Source: an uncultured Synergistales bacterium (GTDB lineage: Bacteria; Synergistota; Synergistia; Synergistales; Aminobacteriaceae). From it: 32,136 bases of DNA. Positions 18,253 through 26,581 of this stretch are shown here, piece after piece. The DNA lies in NCBI GenBank assembly GCA_937897575.1, contig CALCQG010000005.1, positions 80,526 through 112,661 on the forward strand. Reading direction: 5' to 3'. Every line of letters begins with the position of its first letter. Position 1 is the stretch's first letter. The notes beneath the pieces are model-generated. The model saw only the letters and a program-made list of their open reading frames with translations, was not told where the DNA came from and searched no databases. Both the position numbers and the translations under genes were made by a program.

Positions 18253-18705
18253 ATGAAAAAAAGAGGAACCGCCCTTGTTCTCCTGCTGCTCTCCGCCGTC
18301 CTGTCGGTTTCCTCTCCGGCCTTCGCCGTCGAGGGAACGGTCGTCCCCTTCAGGCAGCTTGCGGCGGGACGGTATGGAGGGGGGACGTACAAGCGGTGTC
18401 TCGTCGTAGAGGACCAGGAGCGATGGGGCAGCCTGTGGCAGGAGATCACGGGAAGCGCTGAACAGACGCCCGTCGTCGATTTCACCACCGACGCGGTGGT
18501 CGTCGTTTTCCAGGGAATGAAGACCAGCGGTGGGTATTCCATCGCCGTAGAGGCCGTCATCGAACGGCCTGAAGCCGTCGCCGTCATGATCCGCGAGCGC
18601 GAACCAGGCCCGAAGAGCCTGGTCACCACGGCCTTCTCCAGCCCTTGGGAGGCCGTGGCCATCAACCGCCCCACCAAGCCCGTCTGTTTCGAGATGACGC
18701 CCTGA
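18253..18705 (+). CDS. Exported PrcB C-terminal domain protein
   Basis: Signal peptide MKKRGTALVLLLL...AFA; P.VDF....VVVVF.G.K.SGGYSI.V and VT.AFS.PW motifs. Confidence 0.8.
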   Translation: MKKRGTALVLLLLSAVLSVSSPAFAVEGTVVPFRQLAAGRYGGGTYKRCLVVEDQERWGSLWQEITGSAEQTPVVDFTTDAVVVVFQGMKTSGGYSIAVEAVIERPEAVAVMIREREPGPKSLVTTAFSSPWEAVAINRPTKPVCFEMTP

Positions 18706-18780
18706 CGAAGGGGCAACGGGGCCCTTTCCGTGGGCATGGCCCGGGACCTTCACGCTGTCCCCGGTCGCAGGACAAAGAGA

Positions 18781-18822
18781 AAACGAGCGAAAGCCGGGAG
18801 CAATCCCGGTTTTCGCTCGTTT
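18781..18822. terminator. Bidirectional terminator between convergent genes
   Basis: AAACGAGCGAAAGCCGGGA-gcaa-TCCCGGTTTTCGCTCGTTT 19-bp stem. Confidence 0.85.
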
Positions 18823-18840
18823 GTTACCCTCTTGCCTCTC

Positions 18841-20019
18841 TTACGACTCCTGCTTGGCTTTTCTGTTGTTCAGCGCGGCCTCCATCCGGTCGAAGGCCTT
18901 CTTCAGCCCCTCCATGGAGAGCGTGCACGCCACGCGGATGTGGCCGGCGCCGCTCGTACCGAAGGCCGACCCCGGGATCACCGCCACTTTCGCCGTGTCG
19001 AGGAGCCACCAGGCCATCTCTTCGTCCGTCATGCCCGTCCCGGTGATGTCCGGGAAGAGGTAGAAGGCGCCCTGGGGCTCCGGACAGGTGATGCCCGGCA
19101 TGGCGTTCAGGCGCTTGGCACTGTACCCGACGCGCTGCTCGTAGTCCTTCGTCCGCTCCCGAACCTTCTCGTCCTGAGTGGCCAGGGCGTAGACCCCGCC
19201 CTTTTGCGCCGGGGCGTTCACGCCGAAGGTCTGCCCCGCCGAGAGGGTGATCATGACCTTGAGAAGTTCCGTGGGAGCGATGGCGTACCCCAGCCGCCAG
19301 CCCGTCATGCAGTGGCTCTTGGACAGGCCGCCGACGACGAGGGTACGCTCGGCCATCCCGGGGATGGAGCGCATGGGGACGTGCTTGCCCGAGTAGACGA
19401 AGGCCTCGTAGATCTCGTCGGAGATCACGATGAGGTCGTGCCTCTTCGCCACCTCGGCGATGCCCTCCGCCTGCTTTCTGGTCAGGACGCCGCCCGTCGG
19501 GTTGCAGGGGGAGTTGACGACGAGGATCTTTGTCCTCGGCGTCACGGCCGTCTCGTAGTCCTCGGCCGTGGGGAAGAAGCCGTTCTCCGCTCTCGACGGG
19601 ACGGACACCACCACGCCGCCGTTGTCTTTGATCTGCTGGTAGTAGGCCGTGAAGCTCGGGTCGGGCAGCAGGACCTCGTCGCTCGGGTCGAGCATGGCCT
19701 GGAAGCAGAGGTGGGGTCCCTGGATGGCCCCCGAGGTGATGAAGACCTCCTCGGGGAGGACGTCCAGGTCGTGGTGCCTCTTCCAGTAGGCGCAGACCTC
19801 TTTCCTGAAGTCCTCGAACCCCGGGAGGGGCGGGTAGTGGGTGAACCCCTTCCTGGCAGCGCCCGCCGCCGCGTCGACGATGTTGGGCTCCGTGTCGAAG
19901 TCGGGCTCTCCGATGCTGAGGTTGCTCAGGTCGCGCACGGCCGCCGCCGCCTCGAAGATCTTCACGATGCCCGAGGGCTGGATGTTCCGAAATCGCTTCG
20001 CTATCTTGATCGCAGACAT
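18841..20019 (-). CDS. PLP-dependent class I/II aminotransferase (AspC/aromatic type)
   Basis: LSIGEPDF, NSPCNPTG, SDEIY, GLSKSHCMTGWRLG, PGSAFG; GAGGAGG RBS; minus-strand TATAAT 20064-20069. Confidence 0.93.
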   Translation of the reverse strand: MSAIKIAKRFRNIQPSGIVKIFEAAAAVRDLSNLSIGEPDFDTEPNIVDAAAGAARKGFTHYPPLPGFEDFRKEVCAYWKRHHDLDVLPEEVFITSGAIQGPHLCFQAMLDPSDEVLLPDPSFTAYYQQIKDNGGVVVSVPSRAENGFFPTAEDYETAVTPRTKILVVNSPCNPTGGVLTRKQAEGIAEVAKRHDLIVISDEIYEAFVYSGKHVPMRSIPGMAERTLVVGGLSKSHCMTGWRLGYAIAPTELLKVMITLSAGQTFGVNAPAQKGGVYALATQDEKVRERTKDYEQRVGYSAKRLNAMPGITCPEPQGAFYLFPDITGTGMTDEEMAWWLLDTAKVAVIPGSAFGTSGAGHIRVACTLSMEGLKKAFDRMEAALNNRKAKQES

Positions 20020-20283
20020 GACTGTCCTCCTCGCTTGTCCTATGAGCTATCCTCCGGGTCATAATTATACAGGATGGGCGAGAGCGGATATGGGCGTCTT
20101 GTATACTGGGGCCCTGAGTCCGGAGACACCGGAGACCACGGGACGCCTTCAGGCACAACAGGAAGCTCTTCCCCGAGGGGAGGCGCTGTTGACGCGCGAT
20201 GGCCTTATACCCGAAACACGGGCGGACGAGCGCGTGTGTCAAAGGTCGTGAAGGGGTGTGCGTGAATCGAACGCCCTCTTCCC

Positions 20284-20312
20284 TTGACAAGACGGTCGAA
20301 GAGGTTTAGTAT
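20284..20312 (+). promoter_or_regulatory. Sigma70-type promoter for the leader-YkvI transcript
   Basis: TTGACA 20284-20289, 17 nt, TAGTAT 20307-20312. Confidence 0.75.
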
Positions 20313-20361
20313 GATCCGAAATTCGCCTCCGGGCGATATTCTGCGGAGAGGAGAGGGGCCC

Positions 20362-20454
20362 ATGATCCGGACAGCTGCAGTCGAGAAAAAGTATGGCTGG
20401 CGCGCGTATTTTGGCTTTACCGACGGGACCCCACCTCATTCCGGCGGCCGGTAG
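20362..20454 (+). CDS. Putative attenuator leader peptide (30 aa, aromatic control codons), not in ORF track
   Basis: GGAGAGGAGAGGGG RBS; MIRTAAVEKKYGWRAYFGFTDGTPPHSGGR; Y11 W13 Y16 F17 F19 encoded TAT TGG TAT TTT TTT. Confidence 0.75.
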   Translation: MIRTAAVEKKYGWRAYFGFTDGTPPHSGGR

Positions 20455-20483
20455 GCGCGTGGCAAGTCGTACCAAGGATGAGG

Positions 20484-20516
20484 AGGGTCCCCCCGTACAC
20501 GGAGGGGCCCTTTTTT
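20484..20516 (+). terminator. Attenuator terminator upstream of the YkvI gene
   Basis: AGGGTCCCCCCG-taca-CGGAGGGGCCCT followed by a T-run; its left arm can pair alternatively with 20425-20431. Confidence 0.85.
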
Positions 20517-20612
20517 GTATCGAGGGGGGTGGAGTGGAGAGCGGAGAGAAAGCGGCACGGCGCGGGAGAGGATGGTCGGTCCGAAAACGGAGACGAAAGG
20601 GAGGAGAGGGCA

Positions 20613-21761
20613 GTGGCTGAAAACGAGACAAAGCAAGAGGCGAAGAAGGGGAATTTCCTGACGTTCTTCATGGAGTACGACTGGTACAAGAAGTACCTGA
20701 TGCCCGGGTTCATCGCTCAGTCGGTGCTCATCGCCGGAGGGTACGGCACGGGCCGGGAGCTCGTGGAGTACTTCGTCCAGTACGGGCCGACGGGCGGGCT
20801 GATGGGCATGGGGCTCACCACCCTGCTGTGGGCGGTCTTCTTCGCCATCAGCTTCGAGTTCGCACGGGTCTTCAGGGCCTACGACTACAGGACCTACTTC
20901 GAGAAGCTCATCGGCAAGGGGTGGATCCTCTACGAGATCGCCTTCCTCGTGCTCCTCTCCCTCATCATGGGCGTGGTGGGCGCGGCGTCGGGGAGCATCC
21001 TGAAGGACACCTTCGGCATTCCGCCCCTCGTGGGCTCGGGGATCTTCCTGATCTTTGTGGCCTTCCTGACCTACAGCGGCAGCCGGGCCATCGAGGTGGC
21101 CCTCTCCTGGTGGTCCTATGTCCTGTACGCCGTCTACATCCTGTTCCTGTACTTCGGCTTGACTCAATTCGGCGACGCCATCTCGGCCAACTTCGCCGCC
21201 GGCGTGGTGAAACCCGGGTGGCAGATGGGCGGCTTCAAGTACGCCTTCTACAACATCGCCGTCGTCACGACGGTGCTCTTCTCGCTGCGGGAGATCAAGA
21301 CCAGGAAGGAGGCCATCCTGTCCGGCGTCATCGCCTCGCTGATCTGCATCATCCCGGCGGTTCTCTTCTATGTGACCATCATCGCCTTCTACCCCGACGT
21401 GGTCACCATGGAGCTTCCGGCGAACACCGTGATCGCGAAGATGGGCATGCCGATGCTCCTCGGAGCGTGGATCATCGTGCTCTTCGGCACCATGATCGAG
21501 ACGGGCGTGGGGTTCTTCCACAGCATCAACGAGCGGATCAACGCGACCCTCATCGCGAAGCGGGGCGTCGGGATGAGCAACACGGCACGAGGCCTCGTCG
21601 GCGTCGGCCTCGCCGTCATCGGCCTGGGGATATCGAACTTCGGCCTCATCGGCCTCATCGCCCAGGGGTACGGCACCATCAGCTGGGTGTTCTTCATCCT
21701 GCAGGGCGTCTGTCTCTTCACCATCGGCATCTACAAGATCTCCAAGGCGCCCAAGAACTAA
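20613..21761 (+). CDS. YkvI-family membrane protein, probable amino-acid transporter
   Basis: PGFIAQSVLIAGGYGTGRELVEYF signature, about 10 TM segments, LIGLIAQGYG; GTG start after GAGGAGAGG. Confidence 0.88.
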   Translation: MAENETKQEAKKGNFLTFFMEYDWYKKYLMPGFIAQSVLIAGGYGTGRELVEYFVQYGPTGGLMGMGLTTLLWAVFFAISFEFARVFRAYDYRTYFEKLIGKGWILYEIAFLVLLSLIMGVVGAASGSILKDTFGIPPLVGSGIFLIFVAFLTYSGSRAIEVALSWWSYVLYAVYILFLYFGLTQFGDAISANFAAGVVKPGWQMGGFKYAFYNIAVVTTVLFSLREIKTRKEAILSGVIASLICIIPAVLFYVTIIAFYPDVVTMELPANTVIAKMGMPMLLGAWIIVLFGTMIETGVGFFHSINERINATLIAKRGVGMSNTARGLVGVGLAVIGLGISNFGLIGLIAQGYGTISWVFFILQGVCLFTIGIYKISKAPKN

Positions 21762-21785
21762 ACGGCCGCCATACTCTTCGAGCGA

Positions 21786-21822
21786 CGAAGGCCCTTCGGA
21801 CGGGCTGTCCGAAGGGCCTTCG
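21786..21822. terminator. Hairpin between convergent genes, probable terminator
   Basis: CGAAGGCCCTTCGGAC-gggct-GTCCGAAGGGCCTTCG 16-bp perfect inverted repeat; no strong U-tract. Confidence 0.65.
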
Positions 21823-21843
21823 CATATTGTCGAGCGGCCGTCG

Positions 21844-22944
21844 TCAGGCCGTCACAAGCCTCTTTAAAAACTCCTCGAGGGCGACGGGCGCCGGGATTCG
21901 GAGGCGGATGGACCGGTCGTCGCAGCCGAAGAACCCCGCGCCGCCCTCGCAGGCTATCCCGCTGTCGGCGAGGCGCTGCACGAGGTTCCCCTCCCGCTGG
22001 GAGAGGAAGAGTATGGGGACCCGCACGTCCGTGTCCGCCACGGTCCAGCCGGGTTTCTTTCCGAGAGCCTCCATGGTCCGCTCCTTGGCCGTCCGGATGT
22101 AGGACCTGCTTCGCTCGAGGTACTCCCCGTCCTCCAGGATGGCCTCCGCCATGGCGGCCGAGGCGGAGTCCACGGTGAAGACGGGCTGGACCGTCCAGTA
22201 GAGGCGGACGAGTTCGGGGTCCCGCGCCACGGCGTACCCCACTCGGATGCCCGCCGCGCCCCACCCCTTGGAAAAGGACCGGCAGGTCACCACGTTGGGA
22301 AGGTTCAGGCAGGCGGCGGACTCGCTGTCGGGGATGAAGTCGCCGTAGGCCTCGTCGGAGAAGACCCACACCCCCTTGTCCATGGCGGCCCTGGCGATTC
22401 GCTCCAGGTCGGCGAGGGGCAGGACCTGCCCCGTGGGGTTGTTCGGCCGGTCGAGGTAGAGCACCGCCGGTTTCCTTTCCAGGCTCGCGAGGAGTTCGTC
22501 GGGGTATATGGCGAACCGGGGGGCCTTCAGCGTGACGGGGGCATACTCCGCTCCGTTGTAGAGCCCCTGAAGGACGGCGTCGGTGAACTGGGGGGAGATG
22601 CCGCAGAAACTCGTCCCCGGCCTCAGAAGGATCCGGCTCAGGGTGAGGAGCACGCCCATGGAGCCGAGGCCGGTGAGGAACTGGTCCTCGGAGACGCCCC
22701 ACTCCCGGTAGTGACGGGCGAGTTTTTTCCGCAGCGCGGCCTGTTCGTTGGGGGGGTAGGAGGAGAGCTCTACGCTCCTCGACCCGTCGAAGAACTCCAG
22801 CAGGGGCCTCGGCGCCCCCAGGGGGTTGGTGCCCAGGGCGCAGTCGATGACCGTCATGCCGTCGGGGTACCGCACCGGCGCCGCGTCGGCGTACCCCTTC
22901 TGTCCGATATCAAAAAGATGGCGGGGCAGGTTTCCGTTCCACAT
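21844..22944 (-). CDS. Histidinol-phosphate aminotransferase-like PLP enzyme (HisC/CobD family)
   Basis: GTNPLG, DRPNNPTG, DEAYGDF, RSFSKGWGAAGIRVGY; ATG 22944 with GGAG 8 nt upstream. Confidence 0.85.
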   Translation of the reverse strand: MWNGNLPRHLFDIGQKGYADAAPVRYPDGMTVIDCALGTNPLGAPRPLLEFFDGSRSVELSSYPPNEQAALRKKLARHYREWGVSEDQFLTGLGSMGVLLTLSRILLRPGTSFCGISPQFTDAVLQGLYNGAEYAPVTLKAPRFAIYPDELLASLERKPAVLYLDRPNNPTGQVLPLADLERIARAAMDKGVWVFSDEAYGDFIPDSESAACLNLPNVVTCRSFSKGWGAAGIRVGYAVARDPELVRLYWTVQPVFTVDSASAAMAEAILEDGEYLERSRSYIRTAKERTMEALGKKPGWTVADTDVRVPILFLSQREGNLVQRLADSGIACEGGAGFFGCDDRSIRLRIPAPVALEEFLKRLVTA

Positions 22945-23107
22945 GGCGCACACTCCAATCCGGTCAGGGTCGTTCCATTATAGAGCAAAGGGCGGTCCGG
23001 AAAACGACGAGGCACTCCTCTGTCCGCCGGGGGATGCTCTGGGTACAGGAGGGCGGCGGGCACGCTTTCGCGTCGGATCGCCCTCGGCATCCGCCTCCGT
23101 GGGCGGT

Positions 23108-24895
23108 TTACCGCCCGCCGTTGTCGTCAGCTCCAGCCCCCTGGGTCGACGAGAGACGGGCGAAGACGCCGCCCGCTGCGCGAAGCTCCGGGGCGCGCCC
23201 CTGTTCGGCAACGCGGCCGTCCTCCAGGACGTATATCCGGTCCGCGTCCTCCACGAGGGAGAGCCTGTGGGCGATGACGAGCACCGTCCTGTTGGGGAAC
23301 CGCTCCCGGACGGCCCGGGCGATGGCCCGCTCCGTGGGCCCGTCCACCTCGCTGGTGGCTTCGTCGAGCACGAGGATGTCGGCGTCGGTGAGGAACATCC
23401 GGGCGAGGGAGATCCTCTGGCGCTGGCCGCCCGAGAGACGGGTCCCCCGCTCGCCGAGGAGGGTGTCGTACCCCTTGGGCAGGGAGGCGATGAACTCGGA
23501 GGCGCCCGCCGCCTCCACGGCCCGGGCCAGCTCGTCGTCGGTGATGCCGGGGCGGACGAAGGTCAGGTTGTCCCGGACGGAGGCGTGGAAGATGTAGGAG
23601 TCCTGCCCGACCACGGCGATCTTTCGCCGCCATCTTCTGGGGTCCAGGGCCCGGAGGTCCGCGCCGTCGACCAGGATCGTCCCCGACGAGGGGTCGTCCA
23701 GTCGGGTCAGGAGGTGGATGACGGTGCTCTTCCCCGACCCCGACGGCCCCACGATGCCGATGGTCTCCCCCTTCGGGATGACGAGGGAGAGGTCCCGCAG
23801 GGCCGGATCTCCGCCGGCGGGGTAGGTGTAGGAGACGTTCCGGAACTCGATCGCCCCCTTCAGCGTCTCGAAGGGGACGCCTTGCCCCTCCGGCTCCCGG
23901 GGCGTGTCGTCCAGCGCCGAAAAAATGGCCTCCACCATGGGTTCCGCCACGGTGGCGCCGGCATGGATCTGCACGAGCTCCCCCAATGGCGCCACGAGCC
24001 GGAGGGCCACCACGACGAAGAGCAGCAGGGAGGAGAGCACGTCCTCCGATGTCCCGGAGAGAAGGCGGGAGCCGAAGAAGACGAGGATCCCCACGCCGAT
24101 GGCCGTGAAGAAGCCGAAGAGGGGCCGTCCGAGGGCGGAGAGGACCACGGAGGCGTACTGCTCCTTCCGGAAGGTCTTCAGCAGGTCCGAGAAGGCGTCG
24201 CTGGCCCAGTCCTCCCGGCTGAAGAGCCGCAGAGTCCGCACCGAGGCCAGGAACTCCTGGGCCATGCTCTGGGTCTCCCGCATCCGGCTCCACATCCGCC
24301 GCCCCCGGTTCCGGAGGCGGTTCGTCATGAAGGAGCGCACCGCCATGGCCGCCGGGAAGACCACGAAGATCATGAAGGCGCCGAGGCGGGGCGAGAGGGC
24401 GAAGGCGAAGGCTCCGTAGGCCGTGAGGACCAGCGTGGCCGACAGGACCCGGAAAAAGGACGAGGCCATGTCCGACGCCCTTCTGCTGAACTGGCCGACG
24501 AGCTCGAGGACCGCGCCGGCCCGCTCCTTCTGGAGGAACGTGAGGGGGGCGAAGATGAACCGCCGGAAGAGGGCGCTTCGGAGCTCCGTCTCCACCCGTC
24601 CGCGGAGGCCCTCGGAGAGCAGCGCGTGGCCGTACTGGAAGCCCCCCCGCAGCAGCGCCACGGCGGCAAGGCCCAGGGCGGCCAGGGTCACCCGGTTCGT
24701 CAGGGCCATGGCGCCCAGAGCCTCCTTCCAGGCCGGAGGAATCCACGACGGCCCCTCCCGCCCCAGAATGAGGAGCACCACGCCGAACCCCAGGGCCTCC
24801 ATGGCGAGAGAGCCGAGGGATGTGGCCACGATCAGGAGGGACAAACGTCTCTGGGGCGCCACATAGGTTCTGAAGAAGCGAAGCCAGAGGGTCAT
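23108..24895 (-). CDS. ABC exporter, fused permease/ATPase (MsbA/PglK-like)
   Basis: N-terminal TM domain; GPSGSGKST, LSGGQRQR, LVLDEATS, IAHRL. Confidence 0.92.
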   Translation of the reverse strand: MTLWLRFFRTYVAPQRRLSLLIVATSLGSLAMEALGFGVVLLILGREGPSWIPPAWKEALGAMALTNRVTLAALGLAAVALLRGGFQYGHALLSEGLRGRVETELRSALFRRFIFAPLTFLQKERAGAVLELVGQFSRRASDMASSFFRVLSATLVLTAYGAFAFALSPRLGAFMIFVVFPAAMAVRSFMTNRLRNRGRRMWSRMRETQSMAQEFLASVRTLRLFSREDWASDAFSDLLKTFRKEQYASVVLSALGRPLFGFFTAIGVGILVFFGSRLLSGTSEDVLSSLLLFVVVALRLVAPLGELVQIHAGATVAEPMVEAIFSALDDTPREPEGQGVPFETLKGAIEFRNVSYTYPAGGDPALRDLSLVIPKGETIGIVGPSGSGKSTVIHLLTRLDDPSSGTILVDGADLRALDPRRWRRKIAVVGQDSYIFHASVRDNLTFVRPGITDDELARAVEAAGASEFIASLPKGYDTLLGERGTRLSGGQRQRISLARMFLTDADILVLDEATSEVDGPTERAIARAVRERFPNRTVLVIAHRLSLVEDADRIYVLEDGRVAEQGRAPELRAAGGVFARLSSTQGAGADDNGGR

Positions 24896-25023
24896 GGCTG
24901 GACACCTGCCTTTGCGGTGGTCTGTACTTTCCCTGTCCCCTGCCTCTGGGCCCTCACAGGAGCCGGGGGCGGGAGGGGTTCATTCAAAAGGGCCTTGCAG
25001 CGGAGCGCAGTGTTGGCCGTCAT
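24892..25023 (-). CDS. Possible 43-aa bridging ORF with ATGA overlaps at both ends
   Basis: MTANTALRCKALLNEPLPPPAPVRAQRQGTGKVQTTAKAGVQP; start overlaps the upstream ATPase stop and stop overlaps the exporter start; no recognisable motif. Confidence 0.35.
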   Translation of the reverse strand: MTANTALRCKALLNEPLPPPAPVRAQRQGTGKVQTTAKAGVQP

Positions 25024-25805
25024 GCCCGTCCCAATCTCGGCAGGGCGGCCACGAGGGCCTTGGTGTAGGCGTCCTTCGGCGAGGCGAGCAGCTCCGCCGT
25101 GGCGCTCTCCTCCACGATGCGCCCCCGGTGGAGGACGATCCCCCGCGGGGCCGCCCGCCGGGCGAGGAAGAGGTCGTGGGTGACGAAGAGCATGGACATG
25201 CCCCGCCCCTGCCGCTTTTGCAGGATGCGGAGGATGTCCCCCCTGGTGGAGGCGTCCTGCATGCTCGTGGGCTCGTCGCAGAGCAGCAGCTCGGGTTCGA
25301 GGACGAGAGCACGGGCGATGGCCGCCCGCTGGCGCTGCCCCCCCGAGAGGGAGAAGCGGACCTTCGACCGCAGGAGGTCTCCGTCGGCCATCCCCAGCTC
25401 CGCGAGCAGGCCGAGGGCCCGCTCCTCCCCCTCGGCGCGCTCTTCCTCGCCGTGGACGAGGAGCCACGGCTCCATCACCGACTCGAGCACCGTGAGGGTG
25501 GGCGGCAGGGAGCCGTAGGGGTCCTGGGAGATCGCGGCGCACCGCCGGCGCAGCGCCGTGAGCTCGCCCTTCGATGCCGACGCCAGGTCCGCGCCGAAGA
25601 GGCGCACGGCGCCCCCCGTCGGGGGCACGTGGCCGAGGATGGACCGCAGGAGGGTGGTCTTGCCGCTCCCCGATTCGCCGATGACCGAGAGGCTCTCCCC
25701 CGCTTCGAGGGAGAGGGAGAGGCTTTGGAGGGCCGTCACGGGCGTACCGCCCCGCCGCCCCGGAAAGGTCACCGTGAGGTCCCGGACCTGCAGGATGGTC
25801 GTCAT
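25020..25805 (-). CDS. Peptide/nickel ABC transporter ATPase (OppF/DppF-like)
   Basis: GESGSGKTT, QDPYGSL, LSGGQRQR, CDEPTS, VTHDL; GGAGGAGG RBS. Confidence 0.92.
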   Translation of the reverse strand: MTTILQVRDLTVTFPGRRGGTPVTALQSLSLSLEAGESLSVIGESGSGKTTLLRSILGHVPPTGGAVRLFGADLASASKGELTALRRRCAAISQDPYGSLPPTLTVLESVMEPWLLVHGEEERAEGEERALGLLAELGMADGDLLRSKVRFSLSGGQRQRAAIARALVLEPELLLCDEPTSMQDASTRGDILRILQKRQGRGMSMLFVTHDLFLARRAAPRGIVLHRGRIVEESATAELLASPKDAYTKALVAALPRLGRA

Positions 25806-26581
25806 GGCGCCTCCTCCAGCTCCCGGAGCGCCCCGACGAGGGCCCTGGTGTGGGGGTTCCCCGGGTGGTCCACGACCGTCCTTGGCTCGCCCTCCTCCAC
25901 GAGGCGGCCGTCCTTCATGATGCAGAGACGGTCCGCCACCGAGGCCGCCAGGGGCAGGTCGTGGGAGACGAGGAGCATCCCCACCCCCTGTTCGTCCACG
26001 AGGCGCCGCAGCGTCACGACGATGTCCCGCTGGGTCACCACGTCCAGGGCGGTGGTGGGCTCGTCGCAGAGAAGGTACTCGGGGTTGCAGGCCAAGGCCA
26101 GGGCGATGGCCGAGCGCTGTTTCTGCCCTCCGGAGAGCTCGTGGGGGTACCGCGCCGCCAGTCCGCCGTCGAGCCCCGCCAGGGCGAAGAGGGCGGGAAT
26201 GCGCTCCCGAGCCTCCCGTTTCGACAGCCCGAGATGGACCTCCAGCACCTCCTCCACGTGGCGGCCAACGGTGAGCACCGGCGTGAAGGAGTTCATGGCC
26301 CCCTGGGGGACGAGGGCGATCCGGCGCCACCGGACGGCGTTCAGCTCCGCCTCTGAGCAGGTCAGGAGGTCCCGGCCGTCGAGGAGGATCTCCCCCGACG
26401 TCGCCGCCGTGGCGGGGAGCAACCCGGGGATGGCCATGAGCACCGTGCTCTTGCCGCTCCCCGACTCGCCGGCGAGGGCCACCATGCGCCCCCGCTCCAC
26501 TGCGAGGTCCACGCCCAGGACGGCCCTCTTCTCCCGCTCGCTGCTCCGGTAGGTCACCGAGAGGTTCCGCACGGCGATCAC
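25802..26581 (-). CDS. Peptide/nickel ABC transporter ATPase (OppD/DppD-like)
   Basis: GESGSGKST, QGAMNSFTP, YPHELSGGQKQR, CDEPTTALD; GTG start overlapping the permease stop. Confidence 0.92.
   Translation of the reverse strand: MIAVRNLSVTYRSSEREKRAVLGVDLAVERGRMVALAGESGSGKSTVLMAIPGLLPATAATSGEILLDGRDLLTCSEAELNAVRWRRIALVPQGAMNSFTPVLTVGRHVEEVLEVHLGLSKREARERIPALFALAGLDGGLAARYPHELSGGQKQRSAIALALACNPEYLLCDEPTTALDVVTQRDIVVTLRRLVDEQGVGMLLVSHDLPLAASVADRLCIMKDGRLVEEGEPRTVVDHPGNPHTRALVGALRELEEAP

Noticed and set aside
20330..20516. T-box riboswitch or TnaC-type leader as the explanation of the YkvI leader
   Set aside because: No AGGTGG(T/A)ACC T-box sequence before the terminator; the peptide lacks the TnaC W-x3-D...P-stop pattern and an intrinsic terminator is present
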